Part shown: positions 48,359 to 60,707 of the stretch, in pieces
Layout: every line of letters starts with the position of its first letter
Numbering within the stretch: position 1 is the stretch's first letter
From: an uncultured delta proteobacterium
GTDB taxonomy: Bacteria; Desulfobacterota; Desulfuromonadia; Geobacterales; DSM-12255
Length of the DNA: 64,000 nt
Direction of reading: 5' to 3'
NCBI GenBank assembly: GCA_963787125.1
Contig: CAWBBV010000016.1
Location: 32,001 to 96,000, forward strand
Program-made: the position numbers and the translations under genes
Notes under the pieces: generated by a model
What the model saw: the letters and a program-made list of their open reading frames with translations, nothing else
What the model was told of the DNA's origin: nothing
The model's database searches: none

Positions 48359-49538
48359 GCGTGGCACCGTCTGACTGCTGCTGAGCATCGAGCGAAATGG
48401 CAAAGATCGTCAGATCATCTTCAAACGCTCCACCACAGAACGAATCAGCTAGATTGAAAACTTTTTCGAGCATCGCCTCAACAGTGAAAGAAGCATCAAC
48501 CTCAGAGAAAATCTCTTCTGAACAATATGATCCTTCAGCATTTTTTACTTCAATCAAACCATCGGTATAAAGAAGAATTTTATCACCTGCCGCCAGCTGG
48601 TATTCAGCAACACCCCAGCTGTCAGCCAGATCCCAGCCGAGCGGCGGGCCGGTTGCATCCATCTGGATCATTGAAGACGAATTGTAAAGATAGGCCGGAT
48701 TGTGTCCTGCCGATGCAACCTTGAGACGCTGACTGCACTTGTCGTATACCAGATAGATCATCGTAAGGTACATGCCACTGTCCGAAAGCATTTTGACGAG
48801 AGTTCGGTTGGCCTCTGCGATAATCTCCGCCGGATCGCTCTTCCCGTTGCCGATGGTCATGAAAAGACCCTTGCAGACTGCCATGAAAAGTGCTGCTGAA
48901 ATACTGTGCCCGGAGATATCTCCAACCAGAAAATGCGCCTTATCCCCATCAAGCCAGCCGTCGAAAAAATCCCCGCCGATCTCGTCTGACGGCCTGAAAT
49001 ACACCGCCGTACTGAATCCGGGCAAGTTGATCTGTTCCGGCAGAATTTTCTCCAAGAGGCGATGCGCCAAAATCCGCTCTTTTTCAAGGGTCGCATTTTT
49101 TGCCATCAGCTCTTTCCCAATATTTAGCAGCATATCCCTGCCATGCTTCAGCTCAAGATGATTCTTGATTCTCGCCTTGACAATAGGGGGGCTGATAGGT
49201 TTCGTCAAATAATCGATTGCCCCGATTTCAAGCCCTTTGGTTTCATCCTCCTCCTCACCCATTGCCGTGACAAAGACCACCGGAATTGACTCTGTCGCCG
49301 GATCTGCTTTCAATAGCGAGCAGGTTTCATAGCCGTCCATATCCGGCATCATGATGTCAAGCAGGATGATGTCTGGCTGCTCCCTCCTGGCAATCTCAAT
49401 CCCGGCAGATCCTGAAGTCGCGAAAAAAATCTCATACTCCAGCTGAAATATCTCGTTAAGTATCTGAATATTCGCCACAGTATCGTCAATTATCAAAATC
49501 TTAAACTGGCGCTCTTGCATACTTTTAGTCCTGTTCAA
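48348..49538 (-). CDS. Response regulator with PP2C/SpoIIE phosphatase domain
   Basis: REC (LLDIMMP, YLTKP) plus GGDFFD, GDISGH, AGHNP, YTDGL, DDLT. Confidence 0.93.
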   Translation of the reverse strand: MNRTKSMQERQFKILIIDDTVANIQILNEIFQLEYEIFFATSGSAGIEIARREQPDIILLDIMMPDMDGYETCSLLKADPATESIPVVFVTAMGEEEDETKGLEIGAIDYLTKPISPPIVKARIKNHLELKHGRDMLLNIGKELMAKNATLEKERILAHRLLEKILPEQINLPGFSTAVYFRPSDEIGGDFFDGWLDGDKAHFLVGDISGHSISAALFMAVCKGLFMTIGNGKSDPAEIIAEANRTLVKMLSDSGMYLTMIYLVYDKCSQRLKVASAGHNPAYLYNSSSMIQMDATGPPLGWDLADSWGVAEYQLAAGDKILLYTDGLIEVKNAEGSYCSEEIFSEVDASFTVEAMLEKVFNLADSFCGGAFEDDLTIFAISLDAQQQSDGATHGK

Positions 49539-52500
49539 TTGTTATGTTCAAAATCTCGGCGATATTATCGAGAACACTTTTTGCTTCTTTGAAATTGAGA
49601 TTATTCACCCCGGCCTCCAGCTTTTCGAGCTGAGCATGAAGAGCGGCAGAAGCAAGCAGCTGCTTGAGTTTTTTGAAAACAGTGCAGGCTTCAAGATTGT
49701 TTTTGCGCAGATGCAGCGACAGCTCATTGACGACTGCGGCAATTAGTTCAGACGGAACCGCCTCCATGTCAGCTTCATTACTCAGCGGCATAAATTCATC
49801 CGGCGGCATATCATCAATGAACCCCAGGGTCTTGTTCAGCTCTGCCAGCTTGGCCGCCAGCTCTTTAATCAGAGGGGATAAATCATCACTACTCTCTTTT
49901 GCCAGCGCGTCCTCAAGCGCTGCCGCAACTGCGCCGGTCTCCTCGGCACCGACTGTTCGCGCCAGCCCCTTTAAAGTGTGAGCGATTCTTCTGGCTATCA
50001 GAGTTTCACCTTTTTCAACAGCATCACTTATTATCCGGTCGTCTTCCGCATGGAGTCGCCGGAACTCTTTAAGAACAGTTAGCAAAATTTGCTGACTGCC
50101 AAGCCTCTTCAGCGCCTTGTCAAGATCAATCCCCGGGGTACTCTCCGGGAAGTTTACCCCATTTCTCTCCGGCGGGACAACCGCTTCTATACTGATTTGC
50201 GGTATGTCACTTTCCGGTTTAAACCAGCGGTGAAGGGTCGAAAAGAGCTCCGCCACGTCAATCGGCTTTGCCACATGATCATTCATACCGGCCGCCAGGC
50301 AGCGTTCCCTGTCACTTGTCATGGCGCTGGCCGTCATGGCTATAATCGGCAGCTCCTTGTGCTTTTTACTTGCACGGATCATTCTGGTTGCTTCAAAACC
50401 ATCCATGACCGGCATCTGCAAATCCATCAGAACGGCATCATAGATACTTTCCGCCGAAACCAGCATCTGCACGCCAACAGCGCCGTTAGCAGCGATATCC
50501 AGTTCGATTCCCCATCTTTCCAGAATCCCTCGTGCGACCTCCTGATTGATAATATTGTCCTCAACCAGAAGGAGACGCCGCCCTTTGAAATAGTCTTCGA
50601 CCGCTATTGACTCCGCCTCTTCAGCTATCAGCCTGTCGCCGCGACCTGTGGCTGCCATGATTGCGTAGAGGAGCTGTGTCGACACTGTCGGCTTAATAAC
50701 AGTTGAAAAATTGCTGTCGTAACTTTCGCCCCCTGAAAGTTTCCGGTCATTTGTGAAAAGCAGCTTCGGAACCCCGGCAAATACCTGCAACGCAGCTATT
50801 TTATTAATAGCTTCGAGATTGATATCATCAGCAATCGAAACATCGACGAGAATCAGATCATACTCAGCCTCTTTAATCTTTGACGCTTCTATTGCACTCA
50901 TGGAACTGACCAGAATCTCAAATGAGGAGAGCATTTTTGCTGTTGCAAGACTCCCCTTGCCGCCGCCATTGACATGAAGCAGCCGCAGACCTGCGAGCGC
51001 CTGAAAGCTCTCGGCCAGAGACTCAGTATGTCCGGTTTCAAGAGCAAAGTTAGCAGAAAAGGCAAAGACGCTCCCCACCTCCGGCTCTGACTCCACGGTA
51101 ATATCTCCGCCCATTAGTTCAACAAGCTGCTTGCTGATTGTGAGACCGAGGCCGGTTCCGCCAAAGCGCCTGGTTGTTGATGAATCCGCCTGACTGAAAG
51201 CACTGAACAGCCGATCCTTCTGCTCCTCAGTCATGCCGATCCCTGTATCTTCAACCGAAAACCTGATGCGTACTTTTTCAGCAGTTATCGCCTCAAGTGA
51301 GACAGATACCAATACCTCCCCTTTATCGGTAAACTTGATCGCGTTACTGACAAGGTTAAGCAGCACCTGCCCGAGCCGAAGCGGATCACCGTTGAGAAAA
51401 TCCGGAATATCGGCTGAGGTGGAAATGACAAGATCAACTCTTTTTGTGCCGATGTTGGCCGGGGCTATGTCGGTCAGCTTTGTCAGCACTTCACTGAGCA
51501 GAAACGGGATCGTTTCCATCTGCAGCCGTCCGGCCTCAATCTTCGAAAAATCCAGAATATCATTGATTATTTTGAGCAATGACTTGGCAGCCCCGTCAGC
51601 TTTCAGCACATAACCCTTCTGCTTGTCATTCAGCCCGGTCTGCTGCACAAGATAGAGCATTCCGATGACGGCATTCATCGGTGTTCGGATTTCGTGGCTC
51701 ATATTGGCCAGAAAAGAGCTCTTGGCAATGGTCGCCGCTTCAGCCTGAGCTTTGGCTCGTTGCAGCTCTGCATAAGCTCTTTTCTGCTCGGTGATATCCT
51801 CCTTCACCGCAACAAAGTGGGTAATCTCGTTGTCGCTGTTCCTGACTGGAGATATGGACGCGGACTCCCATAGAATTTCACCGTTCTTCTTTTTATTGCA
51901 GAGTTCGCCGTGCCATTCGAAACCGCCGCTGATTAAATCCCAGAGTGCGACATAATATTCAGGGGAGTGTAGCCCTGACTTGAGTATTCTGGGATTCTGA
52001 CCGATTGCTTCGGCAGCTGTATATCCGGTTATCTTCGTGAAGCACGGATTCACATATTCGATAATTCCTTTAGTGTCAGTTATGACAATTGTCACCGGGG
52101 ACTGTTCGACAGCCAGTGAGAGCTTTCTCAGGAGCGCCTCTGCACCGCGATGCTCCTCCTTGAGCCTGATTGCCACCACGGCGTAAGCCAGATTTTCCGT
52201 AAGTTCTGTAAGGAGCGCCACCTCTTCTGCGTCAAAAACATCCTCTCCCAGGCTGAAAATCTCCAGAGCGCCAACGATACTCCCTTCTCCCCATAACGGG
52301 ATGGCAAGCGCCGCCAGGTTGTCGTCCTCACCGCTATCCTCACTTATCCCTTTTATGGAGCGCTCAAGGGTTACACCTTCAGACTGGATCGCCCTTGAAG
52401 CAATACTGCTCACCCTGCTTTCAGCCCTTGACCAGGTGTTATCAACTGATTGCGCGTCTTCAAGACAGTATTCTGCTACGGTTGTCAGACTACCGTCATA

Positions 52501-53655
52501 ATTCAGAACTACGCACGCGGTCTTGTACCCCCCCACCTCCACAAGGTGTCTGCAGATTGCGCTAAAAAGAGAGGCCTCTTCGGTGAACTGCATGAGGACT
52601 TCATGACTCTTGCCCAACACTGTCAGAGTACGATTCATCCGGCGGAGTTCACTTTCCGCCCGGGCAAGCTGAGTCACCTCACTTCTAATCTCGGAAGTGC
52701 TTTTGGCAACTTTTCTCCGCAAGGCAATATTCCAGATAACGATAAAGATAACCGTCAGGAGACCGCCGCCAATGCCGGCAGCTACCCAGAATTTACGGCT
52801 CAGGAAAATCGTATCTTTTTCCCCCGAGACCCATTTTTCATTGATAGTTTTTTTCTCTTTTTCGGGAATTGCTGCCAGTGCTTTCGAGAGGATACTCCCC
52901 AGCTCAGGCCAGTCGTTTCTACTGGAAAAACAGAAATTGTAAAGGTATCCGGCATCGCCGGCTATTGCCAGATTGGTTATCTTTTCCTGGGCGATATAGT
53001 ATGACGCTCTTGATATCTCCATGACGGCAGCATAAGTTTCACCGAAAGATACCGCCTCAAGGGCAGAAATTTCATCTCTGAACGGCACCATCTTTATTTC
53101 CGGATAGTTTTTTTCAATATATTTATAAACCGCAGTCCCTTCAACGGCGGCAACCTTCAACCCCGCCATCTCCGTAAGTTTCAGCTGCACATTCTCAAGC
53201 TCTTTTCTGATGATAATTTTGTTATGGAGCTGGATATAAGGCGGAGTGAAGTCGAGGAAGGAGGTACGATCAAGAGTGATTGTACCGGTAACGATTATGT
53301 CTACCGCCCTGCTTTTTGTCTCATCAATCAGTTTTTGCCAGCTGGGGTAGTAGACAAGGGTAAAGCGGATCCCGAGAAGTTTTTCGACCCGCTCGATATA
53401 ATCGATGCTGAGACCCTGATACCCCTCACCTTTTTCACCTTTCATAATCAGTGGCGGAGTTTCTCGAATACCAATCCGCAAACCCTGGTGCCCATCCAGC
53501 CACTTCTGCTCTTCCGCCGTCAGGTTAAGGGCCGGTGCTGCTGCGGCTGTTAACTGTTCGGCCGAGATCAACAGCATAATTCCGGTCAGAAGTAACGGCA
53601 AAAAGCCTCTTCCCAACCAGCTACTGACCATGACCATTAACCGGCTCGCCACCAT
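49525..53655 (-). CDS. Hybrid sensor kinase (periplasmic solute-binding, TM, GAF, PAS, HisKA, HATPase, degenerate REC, REC, Hpt)
   Basis: LTAEEQKWL...; [32 protein letters not shown]. Confidence 0.93.
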   Translation of the reverse strand: MVASRLMVMVSSWLGRGFLPLLLTGIMLLISAEQLTAAAAPALNLTAEEQKWLDGHQGLRIGIRETPPLIMKGEKGEGYQGLSIDYIERVEKLLGIRFTLVYYPSWQKLIDETKSRAVDIIVTGTITLDRTSFLDFTPPYIQLHNKIIIRKELENVQLKLTEMAGLKVAAVEGTAVYKYIEKNYPEIKMVPFRDEISALEAVSFGETYAAVMEISRASYYIAQEKITNLAIAGDAGYLYNFCFSSRNDWPELGSILSKALAAIPEKEKKTINEKWVSGEKDTIFLSRKFWVAAGIGGGLLTVIFIVIWNIALRRKVAKSTSEIRSEVTQLARAESELRRMNRTLTVLGKSHEVLMQFTEEASLFSAICRHLVEVGGYKTACVVLNYDGSLTTVAEYCLEDAQSVDNTWSRAESRVSSIASRAIQSEGVTLERSIKGISEDSGEDDNLAALAIPLWGEGSIVGALEIFSLGEDVFDAEEVALLTELTENLAYAVVAIRLKEEHRGAEALLRKLSLAVEQSPVTIVITDTKGIIEYVNPCFTKITGYTAAEAIGQNPRILKSGLHSPEYYVALWDLISGGFEWHGELCNKKKNGEILWESASISPVRNSDNEITHFVAVKEDITEQKRAYAELQRAKAQAEAATIAKSSFLANMSHEIRTPMNAVIGMLYLVQQTGLNDKQKGYVLKADGAAKSLLKIINDILDFSKIEAGRLQMETIPFLLSEVLTKLTDIAPANIGTKRVDLVISTSADIPDFLNGDPLRLGQVLLNLVSNAIKFTDKGEVLVSVSLEAITAEKVRIRFSVEDTGIGMTEEQKDRLFSAFSQADSSTTRRFGGTGLGLTISKQLVELMGGDITVESEPEVGSVFAFSANFALETGHTESLAESFQALAGLRLLHVNGGGKGSLATAKMLSSFEILVSSMSAIEASKIKEAEYDLILVDVSIADDINLEAINKIAALQVFAGVPKLLFTNDRKLSGGESYDSNFSTVIKPTVSTQLLYAIMAATGRGDRLIAEEAESIAVEDYFKGRRLLLVEDNIINQEVARGILERWGIELDIAANGAVGVQMLVSAESIYDAVLMDLQMPVMDGFEATRMIRASKKHKELPIIAMTASAMTSDRERCLAAGMNDHVAKPIDVAELFSTLHRWFKPESDIPQISIEAVVPPERNGVNFPESTPGIDLDKALKRLGSQQILLTVLKEFRRLHAEDDRIISDAVEKGETLIARRIAHTLKGLARTVGAEETGAVAAALEDALAKESSDDLSPLIKELAAKLAELNKTLGFIDDMPPDEFMPLSNEADMEAVPSELIAAVVNELSLHLRKNNLEACTVFKKLKQLLASAALHAQLEKLEAGVNNLNFKEAKSVLDNIAEILNITIEQD

Positions 53656-53838
53656 AACAACTCCTGCTTAAAACCAGAGAATGTGCACCTGAATGAAATC
53701 TACCAGAATTAATTACAACTACAACCCGGCTTCATGAATATTTGCGGAGAAAAAACATTTACTTGTAAAACGGCATTTGATTTGTTATGCTTCGTGGCGG
53801 GCAAGAGATATTAATCGCTTGTAATTACGGAGAAAATA

Positions 53839-54309
53839 ATGTCTACAGGTTTTGATTTCAAGAAGTTACGCAGGACGACAATGATTAACTTGGTGATACA
53901 GGTGACACTTGTATTGCTGCTTATTTACGTGGCGCTCCTGTTCCAGGGAACTCTAGGGCCACTTTTCTGGAAAAGTATCCTCATCACCATGATAATCCAA
54001 CTGATCATGTTCTATCCGATAAATTTCTTTGCCGGCAAGGAAGTCAAGCGCGAAATAGCCGCCCTTGCACCCAACCTGACGCAAGCTGAGTTCAAGTCGC
54101 AGCGAACAAAGCGAATTATCGGCGAAGTGATTAAAATGTCTGTATTCGCCTTTTTCCTGATTTTCACCTGGACTGTCAAACCCGCCCCCACAATCACAGG
54201 CGTCAGGTTCACCCAGAGTTTGATCTTCTTCAACTTTATCCTGACTTATCTGACCTATTATCAGTGTTTCAATTTTGCGGCCAAGCGGGAAATGAAGGCC
54301 AAAGAGTAA
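53839..54309 (+). CDS. Hypothetical four-TM membrane protein
   Basis: GGAG SD and four hydrophobic segments. Confidence 0.65.
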   Translation: MSTGFDFKKLRRTTMINLVIQVTLVLLLIYVALLFQGTLGPLFWKSILITMIIQLIMFYPINFFAGKEVKREIAALAPNLTQAEFKSQRTKRIIGEVIKMSVFAFFLIFTWTVKPAPTITGVRFTQSLIFFNFILTYLTYYQCFNFAAKREMKAKE

Positions 54310-54339
54310 AGTCTCATGATTGAGCGTCTCTACTGGAGA

Positions 54340-56853
54340 TCAATTTCCGGCTACCGCATAAAAGTTCTGCAACTCACTCAGTATCGCTCTGCTTGATGCG
54401 GCCTTCACCTGCAGATCAGGGAGCGATTTCAAAAAAATCCTGCCATAGCCTTTACTCAGAACACGACTGTCGAGGATCAAAACCCCGCCACGATCATCTC
54501 GCCGTCTTATCAACCTGCCGAACCCCTGCTTGAATTTGATGACAGCCTGGGGCACGGTATATGCCATAAAGGGGTCGCCACCGGAGGCGCTGATATGCTC
54601 GCTCCTTGCCTCAAGAATCGGCTCACTCGGGACACGGAACGGCAGCCGGGTTATGATGACGAGCCCGAGCGCATCACCCTGTACATCCACACCCTCCCAG
54701 AATGAGTCCGTCCCGAAAAGCACTCCACCGGGAGTAGCCCTGAACCTGGCAAGCAGCTGATGCCGCCCCGTTTCACCCTGACGCATCGGTGCGAGTCCCA
54801 TCCCTTCCAGCTTCGGCGCTATTCTGGCGTAAATCTTCTTTAGCAGATCATAAGAAGTAAAAAGGACGAAAGCTCCGCCCGAAGAGACTGCCAGACTCTC
54901 GACAATAAAATCGGCGGCAGCAGGCTCAAAAGCCCTGGAAGTCGGTTCGGGCATATCTGCCGGCACTCCGGCAAACACCTGGGAAGCATAATCGAATGGC
55001 GAAGCGAGCAGCAGCTCGGCAACCCTTACCTTTGGCAGAAGCGAGATGCCGGTGCGGCTCTCCAGGTAGTCAAACTTCCCGCCTACCGTCAGGGTAGCCG
55101 AAGTAAGTATCACGGTTCTGAAGCGGTCAAAAAGCACTGACTTGAGAGATGGCGCAACATCCAGAGGCGAGCTGCAGAGCCGCAGGATCAGGCCTCTCCC
55201 GCCGCGCTTCATCTCAAACCAGCGGCAGACAGCCTCATCATGGCCGACAAAACCTGCCAGGGTCTCAACTGCCCCTTCCAGCCTTCCGGCAATTCCCTTT
55301 ATATCCACAATAAGTCCGGAAAGTCTTTCTGCCGGCTTTTCCGGCAGATCGCGCAGCGCTTTATTGAGCCTGGCAAGAGAGCCGGCATAGGCAGAAAGCC
55401 GGGTAGCAAGAGAGCTGATCCGCTCCAGCGACTCTTCCCAGAACTCACTCGCATAAACCGGCGGAGTGAGTCGCAGCTTCTGCTCACCGCTACCGCTGTC
55501 AACAGGCCTCAGGTGGCCGCCAAGCGCAAAAGCGATACCATCCATCTCCTTGCCGACCAGCTCAATCAGTTTAGGCAGCGTGAGCATCAGCTTCTCTTCC
55601 AGAAGTTTTGTTACGGCGACAAAATAGTCATCAAGCCCTACGGGAACTTCACGTAACAGCGCGGTGGAAAGCCGCGGCAACAGCCCTTTATCAGGACGCC
55701 GCGGGTTTTGAAGTTTACCGAGCAGCTTCATTAGCCCCTGGCGCGTAACCTGATTTGAAAGGCTGCCGGTTGCCACGTCTTCAAGATGGTGGCCTTCATC
55801 TATAATCAGTCGCTGAAAAGGGGGCAAAATCGCAGTAGAATTGAAGCCTGTCTGCTGGCGCAGCGCAAGATCGGCCATCAGGAGGGCGTGGTTTACCACG
55901 AGGATATCGGCGCTGGCAGCGCTTCTTCGGGAAGAGTAGTAATAGCAGCGGTTATAGTTTTTGCATTTGGTCCGGCCGCACTGATCCCCTTCGCAGCAGA
56001 GCTCTTCCCAGACCTCACTCTTGGGGATAAAACCGAGATCGTCGCGGCAGCCGGAGCTCTTGGAACCGCTCCATTCGATGATCGCCTGCAGTTCACTCTT
56101 TTCCTCAGGAAAAAGCTCCGGCTCCTCCTTGTGAGCGTGGAGCTTGCGGAGGCAGAGGTAGTTCCCGCGCCCTTTTATCAGCACCGCCTTGAAACTGAGC
56201 CCGGCATGCTTCTGCAGAAACGGAATATCCTTGCCGGTCAACTGCTCCTGCAGGTTAATCGTATTAGTCGAAACAACGACCCGCTCCCGGTTCTTCTTTG
56301 CCCAGATGGCGGCAGGGAGCAGATAGGCCAGCGACTTGCCGGTGCCGGTGCCGGCCTCAATCATGGAGACACGGTCACCATTGAACGCTTCGGCAACAGC
56401 AAACGCCATACGGGTCTGCTCGCTACGATGCTCATAACCGGCAAGTTTGGAGGCGATCACCCCGCCGGGAGCAAAATAGCCATCAATTTCGGGGAGGGAA
56501 AGATATTCAAGTTTCTTCTGGGTAAACGCGGTAACTGCCTGATAACAGTGCGATGCGGCGTTGTCAATGATGTAAAAACCGACACCCTGATTACCAAGAG
56601 CACCGGCAATACTCAGGTCAGCTTGCGATGGGGTGAGGTTACCGGAGGGATGATTATGGATCACAACATCCCCGAAAGATGCCGTCACCATGATCGCGGC
56701 AACAGCATCCTGATTACCCCTTGCCAGAACTTCAACATCCGTCACGAGCCGCGAATCATCGGTTTTTCCAAGAAAAAAAACTTCATTCCCCTGGCAGGCC
56801 GTTATTTCTGTCCTTATTTTTTCCAACGCATATTCTGAGAAAAGCTGTTTCAT
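54340..56853 (-). CDS. DinG-family helicase with N-terminal JAB/MPN-like domain
   Basis: IHNHPSG...SQAD; EAGTGTGKS; Fe-S cysteines; IIDEGHHL; SATL; SFWEGVD; QGFGRLIR. Confidence 0.92.
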   Translation of the reverse strand: MKQLFSEYALEKIRTEITACQGNEVFFLGKTDDSRLVTDVEVLARGNQDAVAAIMVTASFGDVVIHNHPSGNLTPSQADLSIAGALGNQGVGFYIIDNAASHCYQAVTAFTQKKLEYLSLPEIDGYFAPGGVIASKLAGYEHRSEQTRMAFAVAEAFNGDRVSMIEAGTGTGKSLAYLLPAAIWAKKNRERVVVSTNTINLQEQLTGKDIPFLQKHAGLSFKAVLIKGRGNYLCLRKLHAHKEEPELFPEEKSELQAIIEWSGSKSSGCRDDLGFIPKSEVWEELCCEGDQCGRTKCKNYNRCYYYSSRRSAASADILVVNHALLMADLALRQQTGFNSTAILPPFQRLIIDEGHHLEDVATGSLSNQVTRQGLMKLLGKLQNPRRPDKGLLPRLSTALLREVPVGLDDYFVAVTKLLEEKLMLTLPKLIELVGKEMDGIAFALGGHLRPVDSGSGEQKLRLTPPVYASEFWEESLERISSLATRLSAYAGSLARLNKALRDLPEKPAERLSGLIVDIKGIAGRLEGAVETLAGFVGHDEAVCRWFEMKRGGRGLILRLCSSPLDVAPSLKSVLFDRFRTVILTSATLTVGGKFDYLESRTGISLLPKVRVAELLLASPFDYASQVFAGVPADMPEPTSRAFEPAAADFIVESLAVSSGGAFVLFTSYDLLKKIYARIAPKLEGMGLAPMRQGETGRHQLLARFRATPGGVLFGTDSFWEGVDVQGDALGLVIITRLPFRVPSEPILEARSEHISASGGDPFMAYTVPQAVIKFKQGFGRLIRRRDDRGGVLILDSRVLSKGYGRIFLKSLPDLQVKAASSRAILSELQNFYAVAGN

Positions 56854-57038
56854 TTAATGGAAAATACACCCTTTCTGAATTTAGCGGCAAAAAAAATTCG
56901 CGGGCCGGCCTTAGAGTTTTTAAATGGAGTCGTATTTGCATAACATTATTTTATTATCACTCAGTAACACTCCGGAGTGTGAACAGCTGCATACATAAGC
57001 CCTTCCAGCATTGTCACCCCTGCAGAGGAGTCTGTCAA

Positions 57039-57806
57039 ATGCCCGTATCTCCGCCAGAAAACGATTGTTCCCTAAAAACCGGCAATGTTGTGATTGTTGG
57101 ACTCGACCTTCCTGACATGACATTTGCCGAGGATGTGGCAACAGTTATCTGCGTTGATAACGGAGAGGTCAAGCTGCAACTCTGCGGAAGCGGCTTACAA
57201 GAAAAGGTGAATATACTCGCCGGGGCAAGAGTGCTGATTGCAAAAGGAGAAGGACCGACACGCTTTCAATGCACTGCAATGCTTAAAAATGCAGGAGAAA
57301 AAGGGGTCCTGACAATTGATCTGCCCAAAAAAGTCGTTGTCAGCGAGCGCCGCAAACACATGAGAATAGATGTGGCTGTTCCGGTAAACTACTATCTGCC
57401 CCGAAGTCAGAACCTGGCTCAGGTTATTGCGGAATGGGAGAGTGCAAAAGAGTGTAATGGGAGCTGCGGGGAAAGGGCTGGCCTGAATCCTGCTGAGCCC
57501 AAAAACCGTGTTAATCTCAGTGGCGGCGGCCTTCGGGTTAATATTCCCGACCGTTTCTCGTGCGGAACGCTGCTGCACCTTAAAATAGCGCTGCCTGGCG
57601 AAAAGCATAATCACATACATGCGGTCGGCTCAATTGTCAGGACAAAAGAGCTACCTTCGGAGAGTACCCAAGTCGAATATTATTCCACCTCAATGTCTTT
57701 CCGGGTCATCGAGAATAGTGACCGACATAAACTAGCCAGACACATCCTTGAGGAACAGCGCAACAGAGTGACGACGAAACAAGGAACCTATCTCTGGATT
57801 GAATAA
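57039..57806 (+). CDS. PilZ-domain (YcgR-like) c-di-GMP receptor
   Basis: ERRKHMR (RxxxR) and NLSGGG motifs. ATG 57039 after GAGGAG. Confidence 0.85.
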   Translation: MPVSPPENDCSLKTGNVVIVGLDLPDMTFAEDVATVICVDNGEVKLQLCGSGLQEKVNILAGARVLIAKGEGPTRFQCTAMLKNAGEKGVLTIDLPKKVVVSERRKHMRIDVAVPVNYYLPRSQNLAQVIAEWESAKECNGSCGERAGLNPAEPKNRVNLSGGGLRVNIPDRFSCGTLLHLKIALPGEKHNHIHAVGSIVRTKELPSESTQVEYYSTSMSFRVIENSDRHKLARHILEEQRNRVTTKQGTYLWIE

Positions 57807-58165
57807 CCATTGCGATACCAACCCATGATCCCGTCCTTCATATTGTAAACTTCAGCATATCCCATGCCGGCCAGAGCCTGGGCAACCGACCTCGAACGGG
57901 ACCCTACGGCGCAGTAAACCACCACCGGCCGATTTTTCGGCACCTCGTTTACCCGCTGCTCAATTGTATCGATCGGGATCAGCACTGAGCCGGGAATATA
58001 CCCTTGACTCCGCTCCTGTGGCGTCCTCACATCCAACAGGAAGACCTTGCTGTTTTTTGCCAGCAGCGCTTTAGCCTCAACCGAAGTAATGTCTTTTGAG
58101 GAGGCCGCAAAGAGTGAAGCTGCTGTCAATAGTGTCAACAAAAGTACGCCGTAAACTTTATTCAT
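57788..58165 (-). CDS. Exported rhodanese-like protein
   Basis: Signal peptide; LDVRT..E...GYIPGS; YCAVGSRS. Confidence 0.9.
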   Translation of the reverse strand: MNKVYGVLLLTLLTAASLFAASSKDITSVEAKALLAKNSKVFLLDVRTPQERSQGYIPGSVLIPIDTIEQRVNEVPKNRPVVVYCAVGSRSRSVAQALAGMGYAEVYNMKDGIMGWYRNGYSIQR

Positions 58166-59001
58166 AGTTCAATCTCCAATGTGTATCCGACCATGGCAAG
58201 CTGAAACTCCTTCGGCAATTCTCTGGACAGCCTGGCTGCAGCTGCAAAACCGGTACAGTGGGACACTGCCAGCTTCCTGATGCCAGCACTTTTGATGACC
58301 GCGACTGTTTTCTCCAGCTGTTCCTGGCCACAAAACCCGAGATGCGTTCCGCCGATCACCGCGTAGACATCCCTCCGACCGCTCTGATAGGCAATATGCT
58401 CAATAGTATTCACCAGACCGGCATGACAGCAGCCGAGCAGAATCACCAACCCTCTCGATGTTTCAATCACCAGCGACTGATCGTCGGGCGTCGTATCAAG
58501 CTCCTGGCCGCTACAGTCGCAATACAGACCCTGATCACCGCTTTCAAAACGGGTAACTCTGGGTACTTCGCCGGTCAGCATAATGCCGGGGTTAATTTGA
58601 CGAAACGAGTCTGACAGGTTAAATATCGCTCCTGCCGCTTCTAATTCAGATCTACCAACAGGAATGCCTATAGGATAACATTCGCCGGTATCCTTGAGCC
58701 GGTGCCGCGACGCAAAAACACCGTCATGGGCGAATATTTCCCGGCCGCCGGAATCCTGCAGGAGCGGCATCAACCCGCCGGCATGGTCGTAATGACCATG
58801 AGACAGCACCACTTTTTTCACCAGGGAAAGATCTTTATTCATCTTTCTGGCATTATGCCGTAGCGTCAGTCCCTGACCGGTATCAAAGAGCAGCGGCTCT
58901 CCCCCTTTTTGTTCGATCAAGGCAGCAAAGCCGTGCTCTCCCAAGGTCCCGGAAACAGGGCCGACACTGTTGTCGCAGAGAATCGTAATCCGGATGCTCA
59001 T
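58162..59001 (-). CDS. MBL-fold metallo-hydrolase
   Basis: EHGF, FDTG, SHGHYDHAGG, GCCHAG, GGTHL, HCTG. Confidence 0.9.
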   Translation of the reverse strand: MSIRITILCDNSVGPVSGTLGEHGFAALIEQKGGEPLLFDTGQGLTLRHNARKMNKDLSLVKKVVLSHGHYDHAGGLMPLLQDSGGREIFAHDGVFASRHRLKDTGECYPIGIPVGRSELEAAGAIFNLSDSFRQINPGIMLTGEVPRVTRFESGDQGLYCDCSGQELDTTPDDQSLVIETSRGLVILLGCCHAGLVNTIEHIAYQSGRRDVYAVIGGTHLGFCGQEQLEKTVAVIKSAGIRKLAVSHCTGFAAAARLSRELPKEFQLAMVGYTLEIEL

Positions 59002-59222
59002 TTATTGCAGCAACTCCCCGGGAATCTGGGCACGCCCAGTTTCTGCAGGATATTAAACATCGGGCAAAACTGGGTAAATCCGGACTGGAACAGGTTCAGA
59101 CCGACGAAACCGGTGAACCAGAGCCAATTCTGAGAATGAAAATGAGCCAGAATCAGCGAGACAAGAATAAAAGATCCGGCTATAATCCTGACAATCCGTT
59201 CGACATAAAATTCTTCTTTCAT
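58998..59222 (-). CDS. DUF2892 (YgaP-like membrane) protein
   Basis: ERIVRIIAG...FVGLNLFQSGFTQFCP. Confidence 0.88.
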   Translation of the reverse strand: MKEEFYVERIVRIIAGSFILVSLILAHFHSQNWLWFTGFVGLNLFQSGFTQFCPMFNILQKLGVPRFPGSCCNK

Positions 59223-59364
59223 AAGCCCTCCGGGCACTATTTATTTTCCTGAATATATAAAATACCATATATTAAATTCACTGGCAATCTAAATTCCGGA
59301 TTGCATTTTTTGTTGAAATACGGGTAGATGTTTTAACTATTTTATCATACGGAGACTTAAAGCT

Positions 59365-60621
59365 ATGACCATAGCAAAACAGATTGCAGAACTCGCCACC
59401 AATGCCCGCGCAGCGTCAATCGCCATGGCAAAACTGTCATCAGTGGCAAAGAACCGGCTCCTTTTTGCCATGGCCGATGCCCTTGTCGCCGCAACGGCGC
59501 AGCTGGTTACTGAAAACGGCAAAGACCTGGCAAATGGCCGGGAAAAGGGGATGGCTGAAGCAATGCTCGACCGGCTGATGCTGGATGAAGCCAGGATCAA
59601 GGGGATGGCAGACGCCCTGCGCGAAGTTGCCGCCCTGCCTGACCCGGTCGGCGGCGTCGATAAAATGTGGCTCAGGCCGAACGGCCTGCAGGTGGGGAAG
59701 ATGCGAATCCCACTGGGGGTTATCGGTATCATCTATGAATCAAGGCCAAACGTCACCTCAGATGCTGCCGCACTCTGCCTGAAAGCCGGCAATGCCGTTG
59801 TCCTGCGCGGCGGCTCCGAAGCGATCAACTCCAACCGGACCATCGCCGCCATCCTCTGCGCCGAGATGACCAGGGCAGGCATCCCGGAAGGGGCGCTGTC
59901 GCTGATACCTTTCACGGAGAGGGAAGCGGTGCTGGAAATGCTCAAGCAGGAAGAGCTGATCGATCTCATCATCCCCCGCGGCGGCGAAAGCCTGATCCGC
60001 TTTGTGGTTGAAAACTCCCGGATTCCGGTCATCAAGCACTACAAAGGGGTCTGCCATCTTTTTGTCGATGCGGCTGCCGACATCCCCATGGCTGGCAAAA
60101 TCATAGTCAACGCGAAAACACAGCGCCCCGGTGTCTGCAACGCCCTGGAAACTCTGCTGGTGCACCGCGACATAGCACCTGCCTTTCTGCCGCGCATCGC
60201 CGATGCCCTGAAAGCGCTCAATGTTGAATTGCGGGGCGACGAAACCGTCTGCTCTTTCGTTCCGGACGCGCTTCCGGCTACAGAAGCAGACTGGCAGGCA
60301 GAATACCTCGACCTGATCCTGGCAGTGAAGGTTGTTGACAACATGGACCAGGCCATCGATCATATCAACCGTTACGGCTCGCTCCATACCGAAGTTATCG
60401 TCACCGGTGATTACGCCAACGCCCAGCGCTTTATCCGCGAGGTCAACTCCAGCACCGTCATGGTCAACGCCTCGACCCGCTTTGCCGACGGCGGCCAGCT
60501 GGGACTTGGCGCCGAGATCGGCATTTCGACCACCAAACTGCACTCCTTCGGCCCCATGGGACTGGAAGATCTCACCACGACGAAGTTCATCGTTTTTGGC
60601 AACGGCCAGATAAGGGAGTAA
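59365..60621 (+). CDS. proA: Gamma-glutamyl phosphate reductase
   Basis: [47 protein letters not shown]. Confidence 0.98.
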   Translation: MTIAKQIAELATNARAASIAMAKLSSVAKNRLLFAMADALVAATAQLVTENGKDLANGREKGMAEAMLDRLMLDEARIKGMADALREVAALPDPVGGVDKMWLRPNGLQVGKMRIPLGVIGIIYESRPNVTSDAAALCLKAGNAVVLRGGSEAINSNRTIAAILCAEMTRAGIPEGALSLIPFTEREAVLEMLKQEELIDLIIPRGGESLIRFVVENSRIPVIKHYKGVCHLFVDAAADIPMAGKIIVNAKTQRPGVCNALETLLVHRDIAPAFLPRIADALKALNVELRGDETVCSFVPDALPATEADWQAEYLDLILAVKVVDNMDQAIDHINRYGSLHTEVIVTGDYANAQRFIREVNSSTVMVNASTRFADGGQLGLGAEIGISTTKLHSFGPMGLEDLTTTKFIVFGNGQIRE

Positions 60622-60661
60622 GCGAGACACCCCTTCCACTGATGAGCTCTGAGTAAATTCC

Positions 60662-60707
60662 CTTCGACTCCGCTCAGGGAACAGTCGTGCGCTGAGCGGA
60701 GTCGAAG
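60662..60707. repeat. REP-like palindrome (16-bp perfect inverted repeat)
   Basis: CTTCGACTCCGCTCAG (60662-60677) and CTGAGCGGAGTCGAAG (60692-60707). Confidence 0.8.

Noticed and set aside
55786..56838. 350-aa plus-strand ORF
   Set aside because: Antisense shadow of the DinG helicase.
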